A stretch of DNA of 63,216 nucleotides, the filler included, from Ministeria vibrans ATCC 50519 (Eukaryota > Protista > Filasterea), in assembly GCA_943704425.1 (NCBI GenBank). It is 5 parts of 5 records of this genome, joined end to end, with 100 filler letters (N's around TTAATTAATTAA, not from the genome) between each part and the next. Parts side by side here need not be neighbours in the genome. Positions count along the whole stretch, not along the records: positions 14,823 to 39,881 come from CALSCP010000540.1; 4 more parts are not named here. The stretch is one strand, 5' to 3'. Of the stretch, positions 15,129-29,098 are shown in pieces; position 1 is the first letter of the stretch, and each line of letters opens with the position of its first letter. The notes beneath the pieces were generated by a model, which had not been told where the DNA came from, did no database searches, and saw only the letters and a list, made by a program, of their open reading frames with translations. The position numbers and the translations under genes are program-made.

Positions 15129-15759
15129 ACCATGCAATCTACTGTGAAAATGGCACAAGCTATGGGCGGGGCGGCACAGGTAGTGTAGTGTATGTATCCT
15201 CCTTCTCGTCTCACTCACACACCTCTTCTATTCCTTGTCTCATTCCTTTGACAACGACAGGCAATGAAAGTTACCAATGACCAGATGAGCGTACAGGACT
15301 TGCAAAAGACAATGCAGAGCTTCGAAAGAGAATCGATGCAAATGGACATGAAAGAAGAAATGAGTACGTACTCATTTGTCCCTTTCTGTTTCACTCACCC
15401 ACTTTATTCTTTTTCTCTCTTGCACTCACAACTCATTTATTAATTTCTGTTTCACCCATCCACTTTATTCTTTTACTAGTGAACGATACGCTAGATTCCA
15501 TGATGGAAGAAGAAGGAGACGAAGAAGAAAGTGCGGCCATTATGGGTCAAGTTCTAGACGAAATCGGAATTGATCTCTCTGGAAAGGTACCCAAACACAC
15601 ACACACACACACTTTTTGACTGACCACAACATACACACACGGCAGATGGTTAGCGTTCCGGCTCAGGGGGTCCCCCAGGCTGCCCCTGCCGTGCCCCAGT
15701 ACGACCCTGCCGTCGACGATGACCTGTCTGCCCGCATTGCCTCTCTTCGCGGCGTCTAA
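15129..15759 (+). CDS. CHMP2: ESCRT-III CHMP2/Vps2 (CHMP2B-like), 3' exons only
   Basis: Spliced TMQSTVKMAQAMGGAAQAMKVTN...FERESMQMDMKEEMMNDTLD...VLDEIGIDL...DDDLSARIASLR (MIM1-like tail). Confidence 0.9.
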
Positions 15760-15898
15760 CTCAACCTTTCTTGATCCTTTTTTGCCAAGGGACCATTTTT
15801 GTGTTATTTTCTCATTGTACTGTATTTTTATTTTTTAAAAATCCAAATCTGCTTTCTCTCTCTCTCTCTCTCTCTCTCATTGTCAATGACTCACTGTC

Positions 15899-18800
15899 TC
15901 ACGCGTCCGACCACGGACGGTATCCGCCAGCCGCATTGTCCGTCGACCCATCCTCATCATTGAGCTTGTAATGGCCACCGCCAGCCATGCCTCCCATCTG
16001 GATTGCGTCGCCACCCGACTTGCGACGGCGGATCACCACAACGACCACAATGAGAATGACCAAAGCAAGAACTCCCACCACGATGCCAATCAGGGCACCC
16101 TCAGAGAGACCGCCGTCGTTGTCGTTGTGCGGCTGAGGCTGATCTGGCACCGCTGTGAAACCAGGCACAATCGGAGTGCACGCCACAATGTTCGACGGTG
16201 TTCCAATCATCAGCGACTGGCCCACCACCGACTGCGCTCCCTGCAACGGCAGTCCCGACACTCCCACCAGCACCCGCGTATCTCCCTTCGCCGGCAGTGT
16301 CAACTCGCCATACCGCGCCGCCAAGTTCCCCGCCATCCCGCTCGCACTCGTCGCCCCAGTCGGGTTGTACACTGTCGCACTCGACGTGCATCCGTTCGTA
16401 ATGCTCCACGGGTACGCCGTCGGCGTGCTGCGACGACGCGACGACGTCACGCTCGTCGTCAGGTCCACCAGCAGCTGCGTCGTTCCACTCACTGCACCCA
16501 CATCCTGCGTCAGCTTCACCGACCCATGCAGCGCCCCGCTCGTAAACGCCGCCTCGCTCACCACGGCTCCCGCGCCCCCGTCCGCTCCAATCGTCGCACA
16601 CCCGACACGCTCTCCCGTAACGCTGTTCCACGCCACCATCGCACGTCCCACCACACTGTGCTCTCCCGTCAGTGGAAGCACAAACAGCGTCCCGTCAAAC
16701 ATCAGTGTGCCCGTCAACAGCCCCACTCGCACACTCAGGTCTCCCATCGCACACGCCTGGTTCCGCAGACGCGACGTCGCAGTGCATCCCGCCGCAGCAG
16801 ACGACGCCACCCCACGCGGATTGTACACCTCGCCCACATCGACACACGACGACGATCCCACAGGCAGCGTAAACACTCCCCAGCTCAGCCCACCCGCAGG
16901 CACTCCCTGCAAATCAGCCTCAATGTGCGTCGCCTCTCCCGAAAACGCCTGACGAAGCGTCACCGTTCCACTCAACGACGCCGACGTGAAATTCGCCACC
17001 GCCACGCGTGTCGGCTGCTCCACCAACACGCCGCATCCATTGCCAATCACCACAGACTGGCCCATCACAGACAGACCACCCGACAGCGGCAGTGCCGCAT
17101 CCACCGACATTGACGAGCTCCCCGCCGACACCTGGATGCTGCCGATCTTGCCTGCCTCATCTCCAATCGCACACGTCGCCGTCGGTGACGCAGCAATGCA
17201 GCTGTCCGTACCGTTCGTCACCAGTGCGTTCGTCGGATTGAACACACTGCCCTGCTGCACACACTGGAACGACGTGCTGTCCACCTGTGCACCTCCATTA
17301 ATCGTCCACGCATACGACGCACTCGGCGCGCTCCCCGCCAGTGGCGACAGCGACCACTCCACTGTCGTCGGCGCCGTCAGAGGCGACGAAGCAAGTTGGC
17401 GCAACGTCACACTGCCCGACACCGTCTCCGCCAGCTCCGCCGTCGCCGTGACCGTCTCTCCCGCATACCCAATCGTCCCACACGCCAGAGGCGCAAGCGC
17501 AGACGTCATAATCACAACAGAGCGACGCGACAGCGCAAACGGACCAAACAACGTCAGTGTCGGGTCGCGCACCTGGAACGCAGCACTCGGGCCAGGCAGC
17601 ATTCCAAACTTGCCCGTCATGTCACCAATCGCACAGTCCGTGAAGCGAGTCGCCGATCCCGCCGTGCACTGCGTCGCATAGCTGGGCGCAGTCGTCTGCA
17701 CCTCCAGCGGGTTCAACATCACCGACGGACACTCGGCCGGTACCGCCACGTTGTTCTCCGTCGTCGCCGACAGACTCGGCATCGTGTGCAGATACCACGA
17801 CGACCCCGTCGTGGGCAGTCCCTCCAGCGCAACAGTGATGTCCACCGGATCCTGTGCCGACGCCTGCGTGAATGTCACCGAGCCCGTCACTCCGCCCACG
17901 TCGACGGGCGCCGACACCACACGCGGCTCCAGTGCCATCACGGTCGTGCACGCCGTCTTCTTGCCCACACTGTCCTGCAAAAACAGCGACAGTCCGTTGA
18001 TGTTGTCCGGTCCCGTCAGCGGCGCATTCATCAGCGTCACAAACTGCTTCTGTGCACCAATCGCAGGCAGCTGCAGCTTCGTCGCGGCCTGGCCCGACAG
18101 GTCGCCCACGGGGCACCCACTTTGGTTGAACTGCGTGCAGATGGGTGACGGAATCGGGACATGTTTCGGGTTGTAAATGTCGGGAAAGTCTGAGCAAGTG
18201 CCTTCGCTCAAGTACCACGAGCCAATGGTCACGGCGCTCGTGTACCACAGATCAACGAGAACCGTCGTGCCGTACGTACCCTCGACGCCAGTAATCGACG
18301 AGTTGGTGCTCTGACGGAACGTGAGCGTGCCGGCAAGTGTCGACGAGTCAAAGACTGCCTGCGACGTCACAAACTCAAACACGTTGGCCCCAATGGGAGG
18401 CGACGCAGCCGAGGCACACGCAACGCGCGCGCCAGTCGACGAGTGCAACACAACAGAGCGCCCAACAATGCTGTACGGGCCATACAATGGAGTGTTGAAG
18501 TCGAGAAACTCCAAATTGTTTGCGATGGCGGGAAGATCACCCCAGCGACCCGACAAGTCGCCAAGCTCACAGGCGGTGAACTTGAAGTCCGACGTGGGCG
18601 TGCACATCTCATTGTACACCGTCATGTTGACAGGCAGAGGGCTGTAGTGGCCGCCCAGGGAGGGATTGTCGCACGATGCATCTACGGGCACTGGAAAGTC
18701 GTGGATATGCCAAGGGTTGGGTGAGCCTGGCGCACCCTCGACGTTGACGGTGATAAAGGTGGGCGACCATTCGTCCCACTGTTCAAAGCGCACCGTGCCA

Positions 18801-20608
18801 CTCACACCGCTGTGGTAGAAGGGCGTCTCGACGTAGGGCATTGGCACGTCGACGAAAGTGGCGCAGGCAAGCACGTAGGGAGAGTCGTCTTCGACTTCAA
18901 TCGCAACCGAACGTCCGACGACCGACAGGTTGCCCTGAATTGTCACAAACGGATCGGTGAGAGTGTCCGAGCCGGGCAAGCGCAAGTAGTTGTGCTGCAG
19001 TGTGAAATTGTGGATGGCTTCGGAGCAAAGATCATCGTCCCTAACGAAAACCAAGAAATGATTAGAACACTAATCAACACCTCGTAACTTAATGGTATGT
19101 TACAGATTGGCAAGACGGCACAAGCGACGCGCCTCCTTGACGCCCTCGGAGCTCTCGAGGCGCTGGATCAGAGGCGAGAGAATGCCGCCAGTTGAGAGGC
19201 AGCGCTTCTCGGCGGGCGTATGCGCAATGCCGTCGTCCTCCACCGGCTTGTAACGGATGGTGTAGTGAAACTTGCTGTCCAGATTGGGCGCAACCGAAAT
19301 GTTGAGGTTGGGGTTGTAGTTTACCCACGACTGGATGGTCACTTGTGCATCGGGGTAGCCGAGGGGCTGTTCAAGCACAATTTGTCCTTGCAGAAGTGAG
19401 TCTTCGGGGAAGGTGGCAACCGCAAACTTCTTGCGCGGCGTCGAAGTCATGGCAATGTTGGTGCAGGCGAACGGCTGTCGCTGACCGCTCTGGGGCCAGG
19501 TAGGCCAGGCACGGTAGATGTACATACCGTGACCAATGATCGAGCTGGCTCCAATGAGCTTCAGGTAAGGATCAACAAAGACAGAGGGGGCATTGGGAAA
19601 CGGTCCAAACTTGCCCGAGAGGTCTCCTTGCACGCAACCGGCAGGAAACGATGTTGAGCAGGGGAAAGTCATGTTTTGAAACCATCTAAAGAAATGAAAC
19701 GGAAAAGAGAATGAATGAAAGCCCACTCTGGAAATACAATGGGCTCTGGCGGCGTACGGCGAGAAAGGATCCATGTCTTCGTCGGGACACACAATGTTGG
19801 TGTTGCGCACAATGCCCACAATAATGTGGTTGTTGCTGGGGAGCCCTTGGAAGTTGGACGAGATCACAACGGGCGACGACTCGTTCATTTGGAAGAACGA
19901 AATGACGCCTTGCACTCCTTCGCTTTGGAACACAGCCTGTGCACTCACATTGGTCACTGCATCAAAGGAGAAAGGGGAACGAGCGGGAATCGTTTTGTGA
20001 GTATTGTCTCTTTTTTTGTTGAGAATGATAAGGAAAACGCGTGTCAATTGGCAGAGCGACGAATATACAGAGCGGAAACGCGGTCGGAGGGAACGACGCA
20101 AAGCGCACTCGTCCATGGCCCCGGTGCCGCTGCAGCCTCGGCTGTTCCATTAAGGCAAAATCGCTCACTGACACCTAATTATTATTTATTTTTTTCTCGT
20201 TGTCGTTTTTTTTTTAATCGTTTCTCTCTTCTTTTCCTCACGAGACACACACAGATTGACGGGTACAGCGGAGGAGGGCTATGTGCACGACTCGGTGGTA
20301 GACAATCGCAGGGTTAGAGAGACGCGAGGGCGCCAGGAAGGCGATAAGAGGTGAGACACAACAAAAAAAAAAAAAAAAAAGCGAGAGAGAAGAAAAAACG
20401 GATTGTCACACATACGCGATAAGAGTCGCATATAGCGACACACGCGCGAGGGTAGGGCATGGAAGAGGCATGAGTGGATGGCTGGGGGGGGCAAGGCGGG
20501 GGCGAGGGGCGTCTTACAGGGCTGAAGACCGAGAGGAAAGGGATTGGGCAGAATTTGCGATGAGACACACGCAATGGCGCCAGCAAACGCAAGTATGGAG
20601 ATCCACAT
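15899..20608 (-). CDS. Type I membrane Cu/Zn-SOD-repeat protein (CSRP-like), about 8 SOD-fold repeats, TM, short Tyr-containing tail
   Basis: Signal peptide MWISILAFAGAIACVSS (ATG 20608). Repeated GxVxFxQ...GDLSG(K/R)xG...SIVGRSVV..ACA units. TM ALIGIVVGVLALVILIVVVVVI followed by RRRK. Confidence 0.88.
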
Positions 20609-21439
20609 CAGAACAGGGACTCGGCGTCTGGGAAGTCCGAAACGAATCAAACAATTATGTTTATTTTTAATTTTATTTAAAGTATTGAAATGTAAAGTAT
20701 TGAGTCTTTTCCATTCGACAGATCGGATGTCGGACAGTCAACGGAATCGGCAACGGAATCGGGCCAAAAGAATGATCGGGCGTTTGTGCATCGCCACTTT
20801 ACACTAAATTGAACTGAAATCAATGCCGTCGTCGTCCAACCAATACCTCAACACCCGACTNNNNNNNNNNNNNNNNNNNNNNNNNNNNNNNNNNNNNNNN
20901 NNNNNNNNNNNNNNNNNNNNNNNNNNNNNNNNNNNNNNNNNNNNNNNNNNNNNNNNNNNNNNNNNNNNNNNNNNNNNNNNNNNNNNNNNNNNNNNNNNNN
21001 NNNNNNNNNNNNNNNNNNNNNNNNNNNNNNNNNNNNNNNNNNNNNNNCTGTGTCTCTGTGCATTCTTCTCAGTTATCATGGGTCAATAAGTTCATGGGTG
21101 TACCAGCGGGTTTATGGGCTTCTTTCGGGACATTCTCGTCTCGAGAACCAGTCCCTTTCAAATTGATATTGGATTAGTTATTTTTTGTCCCTCTCAGGAT
21201 AGTTCTATCCGGTGCCTATCGCTTCACTTGTCTGGCCATCAGCCAACCTGTCGCCGCTCCCTCTCGACGCTTTCGTAGTTTATAAAGTGGCTCTGAGCTG
21301 TTTGTGTTGTCGCTTTTCGTTTGTGATTGACAATACTAATAATAATAATAATAATAATATTGATAATTATTATTGTCTTCTTCTTCTAGTTATTTTTTTT
21401 TGCCGTACCAGTGTGTCACCTTGTGACCTTGTCGTAATC

Positions 21440-23062
21440 ATGGCGAACCCCATGCCTATTGAACCGTTTGAACTGTTTCAGACGATGAGAGAGATTGCTG
21501 CGAGACTTGATCATTTACAACCGCACGCTGTTCAATTCTTACGCGACGGCTTCTACTCGAATCTTGTTGATACGGCTCAAAGAACAATTCGTCAGAGGCT
21601 CGACGAGTGGAATCGCGTGGCTGCTGGCGGCGAGGAGCAGCGAAGCGATGGCGGCGAATTGTCCAACCCGACATCCTCCTCACCGCCTCCGTCAGACACC
21701 CAACAAGCACACGACTCTGCATCAGTGTCATCGGGCAGTTTGCGAGGGCAAACGAGCGTGACGGTGACCGAGCGCGAAAAGCGCGCCAAAACCGACGAGC
21801 GCGCGAAGCAACGGCGATCGCCATCTCCCACGCTGTCTCCATCGCCGAAAAGACAGAAGGTCGATTCGGCAGTGGTGCTATCGTCCGCATCAAAAGCGAG
21901 AAAGACGAGAGTGAGGGCGGGAGACAGCCAGCTCAACGCCGCAAGTGCAGCAGCGGCGATGGACTCTGCTCCGAAGCGGGGCAAATCAGTGCGGAAGGCG
22001 GCTGAGCCAGCGGCGAGCCAGGCTGCCGCGACTATGTTCACGTCGTCGGCCGAAGAGGCTGCAGGACTTGGAGAAACTGTGGACAGCGAAAGTGACGCGA
22101 GTGCGATGGACTGTGCGAATAAGCTCCTGAAAACAATCGGTACGTTTTCATAATAATAATAATAATAATAATAATAGTAATAATTTATATAATATAATAT
22201 TATTATACGGGTTAACGTGAACGTTGCTGATAAGAGCGGGTTGCTCACATCAGTCACATGTTTGTTTTGGCACAGAATTTGGTCTGGATGGGACGAATCA
22301 GTCTCGCAAAGGCCCCGTTAAGCGCAGAGAGCACAAGGCGCGTCGGTCAGGATCGACCTGCTTGGCGGAGAAGGTCAGGCTGCCAACTGCAGCAACTGCG
22401 GCAAGTCAGGCAGCGGCAACACCAGAGCCAGGCGACCACGCGGATGACAATAAGCCAGGACCAGAGAGCGAAGCACAGATTGAGGCTCTTCGTCGATCTC
22501 GACGTAATCTTCCCTTTTTTCTCTTCGTGGAAAGCCCTCGTGTTTCTCAATCCCTTTCCATTCCTCTCTCTTGTTTGTTTCAGGTCATTTTGACAACGAT
22601 AGTTTGAAGCATGCAGCCTGCCTCCACAAGAGTTTGAGCAAGAACCAGTACCGCGCACTTGTTCCGCGACCAACACATTGTTGGGTGGAAAATCCTCTGA
22701 ATCCTGTCTTTGCAACACTTTGGCTGATGCCGGATGAACATAAGATTTCGTCGTTCGAAGAGCGCTGGAGCCTCTTTTTTTTCAAGGGCGAGATTCCAGA
22801 AAATCCCACTGTCATTGAAGACATTGAAAATCTCGCGACTGCCTTGACCGATTTTTTCGATGAGGGCCACAAACTCGAGTATAGCTGGAATGTAGTGTTC
22901 ACGCAAGCCACCGACCTACTGGCAAACATGGTCGTTGCCGCTTGGTGTTCGCCCGTCTCGGACAGTGTTACGCTAATTCGACTGAACGGCTCTACTATTG
23001 AATGTACTCATCAAGATGCGAAAGGCCTTCTTGTTGTAATGAAAGCGCTCCAGTCGCAATGA
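21440..23062 (+). CDS. Island gene A: orphan, 3 exons, low-complexity middle with NLS-like SPKRQK, globular C-terminal domain resembling the gene B C-terminus
   Basis: ATG 21440. GT-AG introns at about 22140-22275 and 22504-22583 join three ORFs in frame. Stop at 23062. Confidence 0.7.
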
Positions 23063-23129
23063 ACCAATTTTTTGTTATTTTCGATTTTCATTACTCCTAA
23101 ACACACACACTCACACACATTCCCTCACT

Positions 23130-23364
<235 letters not shown>

Positions 23365-23409
23365 TATTATTCACTTCCTCGCCTCATTCCAAATCACAAC
23401 AGCGCACTC

Positions 23410-26400
23410 CTACTGTTTGCGACGCTTCTTCGCCCTTTCCTGACCAACCTCACCCTCCTCCAAATCTTCCCCCTCCTCGTGATCCTCGCAGTCGGTTGGC
23501 GCTGCTTGCAGTGTCGACAAGGACATCGCATCAGTCTCCTCTTCCAGATGCGACACACTACGCTTGGGCGCACGCGCACACTCTCTTTGACGCTCTCTTT
23601 GACGCTCTCTCTTCATCTTGACCCGCTCACGCTGCTCCCTCTCTTTTGCCTTGTAAGTAGCAAAATGTGCCGCCCGTTCCTTTATCTCGTGCGCATCGTG
23701 CGGAATCATGCGCACCGACGACGGTGCGCTCTTTACAGTGACCTGACGGCGCAGCACATACCAGCGCCCCCCTGAAAACACCACCTTATGGCCGCGTGGC
23801 GAACCCTTTAAATCTGCCGGTGCGACTCGTCGCTCTGGCAAGATGCGCACCGCTGGTCCATTCATTTCCTCGATCATCACGTCAAAGGGCTCGCCAAAAT
23901 GATCCACAAAGATACTCAAGATGAGCCAGCCCATGGCGGCAACACTCGCTACACTTTTCTTGCTCGGCTGTGCCTCATACATCTTCACAATGAGAGCCGA
24001 CACACTAATGCTCTTCAAGTCGGTCTTCAATTTTTCCCATCGCGACAGAAACTCCGCGTACCGTGAGTCTAACAATGCGGCCGTCGCGATGCGCTGCAAC
24101 ACCAGGTCGGCAAGGCGCTTCATCACCTCCGTGCCATCTTTCCGAGCTGCATGCCGGTGTTTGGAGAACTCGGGAAAGTAGTGCACCAGACCTGCGCACA
24201 GCTCACGAAGCGGTCGCGACGACAGTTCACTCTCATCGTAGTGCTTCCACCCCTCACCAAAGTCCATATTCTTCTGTGCACACGCCGCCACCTTGTCAAC
24301 ATTCTCACATGCAAACATCCACAGTTTCTCCGAAGCAGACTGCAACTGGTTTTTGGGCGACGCGTGAGTTTGCTTGTCGCTAGGCGCACGAGCAAAGGTG
24401 GCGCTTAAGAGTGCCTCCAAATCAAGATTCGCGCAATCCCGACTTTCCTTTGTAAGACGACACGTCGCCTTGCCCCACATGTTTCGTAGCTGCGATCGGT
24501 CTCGCATCTCGCCAAACATCACATTCACCTGCGTTTTGCGCAGGTCCTCAAGCTTCGTTTTAAGCTCCTCGTGATTCAAATCGGTGAGCACCTGTCGAAT
24601 CTTGGCAAATGTGGCGCGCAACTGTGTGTCCATGACATTGGGAGTGGGTGGCGTCCCGTTCCCTTTCTTGAATGTCAGAGCGAGCGCGGTCAACATGCGC
24701 GAACGCTCGCCGCGCAAATGATACGCCAAACCCTTTTTGTATCCATGAGGATAGAGCGAAGCGTCACTCAGGCATTCAATCTGACTCAAATAGGTCGCGA
24801 CTAGACATTGGCCCACAATTCGAGGCAGCTGCACGGCAACCGCATGCTGAAGCACCAGCTGCGCAGCGCGTCGAATGGCCGCATCCAGTCTCTCAGACGA
24901 CTCGTCCTTCATCGCATCGTCCAAGAGACCGCGCCCACTGTTGCGAACCTCATCGCAATCAAAGGCACTCAGGATGGCGCCTGTCAACGCCCCCTTGGCC
25001 TTCTTTTGCATAAAGATACGCTGCGTGTGCTTTGTCGATAGGAATTCGCGCATCTTGGCAATGGTGGCGACTCGCCCCTCAGTTGCAAACTTGGCAATCA
25101 TCTGTTTCACCACATTGCGCATCTGCATGGCCTCCTCATCGTCACTGTCACCCACAATTTCATCCACAAGCGGCGATTCCATAGCCGTAAGAAGCTCTCC
25201 AACAAGACGTTCCTCAAATTCCGACACACGCCTGCGTAGCGTGCCGAACATGTGAGACTGGTGAAGCCTCATCAGATACTGGACGAGACGTGTAATGCCG
25301 TCAAAGCTCGCGTCAGCGTTCACCGAGAAACACTGTTTGATCTCCACGAGAGCCTCAGACGGCATCGTATCCGCATCGATAAGGAGGGTGCGAGCCCACT
25401 GCTGGCACTCCTTCTCGTAATCGTGTAACAACTTCTCGAGGGGCGAATCGACCGTAACTTGGTCGTCTTCAGTGCAGAGAAACCCACGCGCTGACTGCAG
25501 AGCACACTGGTATAGAGTCAATCGTCGCTTGAGCTGGGATCCATCAAGACTCCGATCGTCAAAGCTTGATCCGCCACTGGACTGTCGGCCGGGACGACGC
25601 GTGTGACGCGTCTTGCCTGCCTTGAGAGAATGAGCATGCATGCTCACCTTGGCGGCCACTTCGAGATTGCCCTTGCCCACCACACTCTCGACACATCGCT
25701 CGGCATTCCCCTCAAGCTCCTTTAGGTGCGCCTTTTGGTGCTTGACAAACTCGGTAAAGCGCTGCATCAGTTGCTCCTCGCTTGACTGCGCCAGGTACAC
25801 ATGCTTGAGGAAGGCCCTCATGCCTGTCTGACGCATAAGCTGGTGATGGTCATCCCGCGGCGTCACCTTGAACAGGTCATAATCCGCCATGAGAGAGGAG
25901 AACAGCAGCGGAAACACATGTGTGAACTGAGTCTTCTTGTTGAGGACCCAACCAAGCTTCTTGAACTGGAGCTCTATCGAGTTCGCCGCATCGTCGTCTT
26001 CGCCAACTTGAATCCTGATTTCCTCCATTAAAACCTCTTTTAGCTTTTTCTTGCAGCCGGCCTTCCATAATTCGACCTGCTGACCGAGCGAACAGTTGTC
26101 CGCATTGTCGGTTGTGTCGGCCTGCAGGGTCTCGATTGTCACAGTGTCGTGACGCTCCTTGCTCATGAGAAAAGTGATGGCGGGAAAGTCGGCGCCGGAC
26201 GGGTCGTTGAGAAGACGCGGCAAGAGGTGCCGTTTGAAGGTGTTCAGGACATTCTCCGACGATGACAGATCTCGGTTGATGAGCGCAATAACGTGGTCAC
26301 TGTCATTGAGTGCCTGAGCCAGCATGGACACTTTTTGCGGGTTCAATTCGTTGCTGCCTGGCGCATCGACAATCTCCGTGTTAAGGCGTCGCAGGACGGT

Positions 26401-28323
26401 GGAAGGAATGAAGACGGTAACACGCTTAATGAGCAGCGCGTCGGGCGAATCCAGCAGCGTGCGAAGCATGTGACGCAAATACACACGGTCGTGGAGGATG
26501 TCTTTGCCACCTGTGAGCAGCACACGAGGTTTGCCCAAGAGCGCAAGACGATCGGGGTGCACAACCTCATGAGGGTTGCGCAAGAACTTGTCGACGAGAT
26601 CAATGTCAATGGGGACAAGGGGCAAACTGGGAAGCCTGCTCTCAATCTCGCCGCTCGCTTCGTCCTCGTCTTCATTGTCCGAGTCGCTGTCGCCCAAACC
26701 ATAGTCGAATTGACCACGCGTGGTAGAGCTAGTCGCCATGGGCTGGTCCAGGTCAATGGCAGTCGGGGTGCTTGTCGAAGTGGTGGTGGTGGTACTCGTA
26801 GTTGTCGTTGCAGGGTGGCATTTTGAGAAGGATGTGGGGTAGGACGAGAAGCAGGGCGGCTTCTGGAGGCAGCGCAGAATTTGGACGAGAAAACAAGCCG
26901 CAGCATGCCCGACCGGATCCTGTCCTGGGCCCTTCTTCTTTGCCAGCTTAAAGTCGGTTGTCTCCACGCGGCGCTTGATCTCTTCAAGAGAGAGAATGTG
27001 GATGCAAGCATGAAAGAGTGAACTGTAGCGCAACGCGATCTGGCAGCTTGTTGTTGACGTGTTGAGATTCTTGCTCGGAAGGATGTACGCACCCGTGCCC
27101 TGAGGGTTGCCGACGGAGACACGTGCGTTCGTTTTGCCCCGTGCGTGTCCCTCAAGATCAACGACCAGATCCTTTTCCATTTTGAGGCGATCAAACAGCG
27201 AGCCTGCTCGGAGGCGACCAGTCGCACGATCGAACAGCATCTCGTCCGGCAACTCGAGCGGGGCGTCGGTGGAAGCACCGAGAAGCGCACAGGCTTCAAA
27301 ACACTTTCGATGCGATGAGTTGAGGTGTGCATACTCGTACGCCAGAAGCTCAGAAGAGCGACCCAGTTCGTTTGCCAAAAACGACTTTCCTTCGTTGTTG
27401 TCGGCGAGCAGCACTGACTTGCTGACGCCAACGCCAGCCTCGCTGTCCGCTTCTCCTTCGTTTGCATTGGGGTGTTGCAGCAGCTCCAGCTCTCGAAGGG
27501 ACGTTGTCAGGAACTCCACTGCCGGATCCGAATGCTGCGTCGCGTCTTCTTCGCTGTCGTTGTCACTGTTGTCGTCAGCCTGGTGGTCCGCCTCAGGCAG
27601 CAAGCTGTTGAGATTGCGGCGAAGAGAGGACAGGTGTTTAACGACAGCATTTGACAACTCGTCGCGGGTGTCCATGTCGGGAAGGATCGCCCCAACGCTG
27701 GGTGTCTCGTTGTCGACGTCCGTCTCATCGCCATCATTTTCGTCGTCGTCGTCGTCTTTGCCGTCGTCGTCTCCGGCCGTAGCGCCCTCGTCGTCGTCGT
27801 CGTCAGCGGAGGTGTCCATCGCATCCGACAGCATCCATTCAGTGTACTCGGAGAAGACGAAAGGGTCCTTGCGGCCGCCAGGGAAGCCAAAGACGCGCTG
27901 GAAGATGGGATAGAGGTCGTGCTTCGGTCCGTACGACGTGTAGAGCGGCTGCTGACTACGCAGGGTGGGTGCATCAAGCCCGAGAGGCCGCCTTTTGCAC
28001 TTCTTTTGCAGGAATGCGACAGTTCGTCGATGGTCAGGACCGCAGACTGACCGATAGAGCTGAGAAGGAGCAGAGAGCAGTAGTAGAAAGGGAAAATAAT
28101 GTGTCAAAAACAATTATTGTGAGTTGTCATTTCGACTTACTTGGAAAAGATCAATGTCAGGGGTGCTTCCTCGCGCTTTGGTCAAGCTTGCGAGTCTCTT
28201 GTCAACGGCCTCTGGCGTGTTACAACGGTACTTCTCGCCGATGAACACGCGGAGCTCTTCGTTGAATTTCTTCTCGATGTTTTTCTCTTGCGCGCGAGTT
28301 GTGCGCTTCTCTTCCATCGCCAT
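23410..28323 (-). CDS. Island gene B: ~1600 aa dynamin-like (DLP/NUGGC-type) GTPase with helical stalk and degenerate OTU-like C-terminal domain; 5' end uncertain
   Basis: G1 LLADNNEGKSFLANEL (27382-27405), G2 ILPS..STTSCQIALRY, G3 EIVDAPGSNE, G4-like FLMSK. 4.6 kb exon. C-terminal AKKRRKQ. Confidence 0.75.
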
Positions 28324-29098
28324 CGCGTTCCGACGCCACCTGAGAGGATTCGCAGTACATGGCGTTCATCACAACATTGAAAGTGTTTTACAAAGGGGAG
28401 CCCAGAACACAGGAGAGAGAGGGAAAGGGGGAGGGAAGGGGAAGAATACAGAGAGGGACACGGAGCAAGAAACAAATCACGTTCAAAGAGAAGGCACAAG
28501 AGCACGTCTGCGTTCAAGAAAACCATTGTCACATTGCAACACATCCAAATCATGCAGATTGCAGCAGGCAATGCTGCTGGGGAGATGTGTTTCTCCAACG
28601 AATCATCGAAAGAAAAAAATTAACGAGGAAAGTACCTCTCTCTCTCAGGGAACAGAAACGGCAGCGGATAGCTCAGTGTGCTAAACTACTGAACGCTTGT
28701 TCAGTGTGTGTGCCTGCTTATCAAGCGGAAGAAACACGAGACAAACAGCGAAATAAAAGTGTTCAGTGTGGTTGATTGATCAGAATTGAAAAAATTATCC
28801 TGTTGTACTTCACATCGTGAATTTCGAGACAGACAGACAACAATCGGACGATCCTTTAGCAGTAAATGGTTTAGTCAGACTGGTTGTAGCAGTAGGGCGA
28901 AGAATCGCTGCCTCTATCACCGTCTACACTGCCAACGAGTAGGTTTCAACAACGCAACAACAACAATCAGTCTTTTTTTCCTCCTGGAAAAATTCCCTTG
29001 GGATGGGTTAATCAATTATTTTGTCTTTTTATAATTTAAATTTTAGCCACTCTTTTTCTCTCTCACCGCTCTCCAACTCGTGACAGACTGACAGTCTC

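Noticed and set aside
15971-18176. Long Arg/His-rich antisense ORFs over the SOD-repeat gene (similar shadows over genes B and E and PLBD)
   Set aside because: These are shadows of GC-rich codon bias on the opposite strand and have no recognisable motifs.
20720-20860. Possible terminal inverted repeat pairing with 39320-39350
   Set aside because: Only scattered 6-7 bp matches (CGATGC, CCGATCA), which is compatible with chance.
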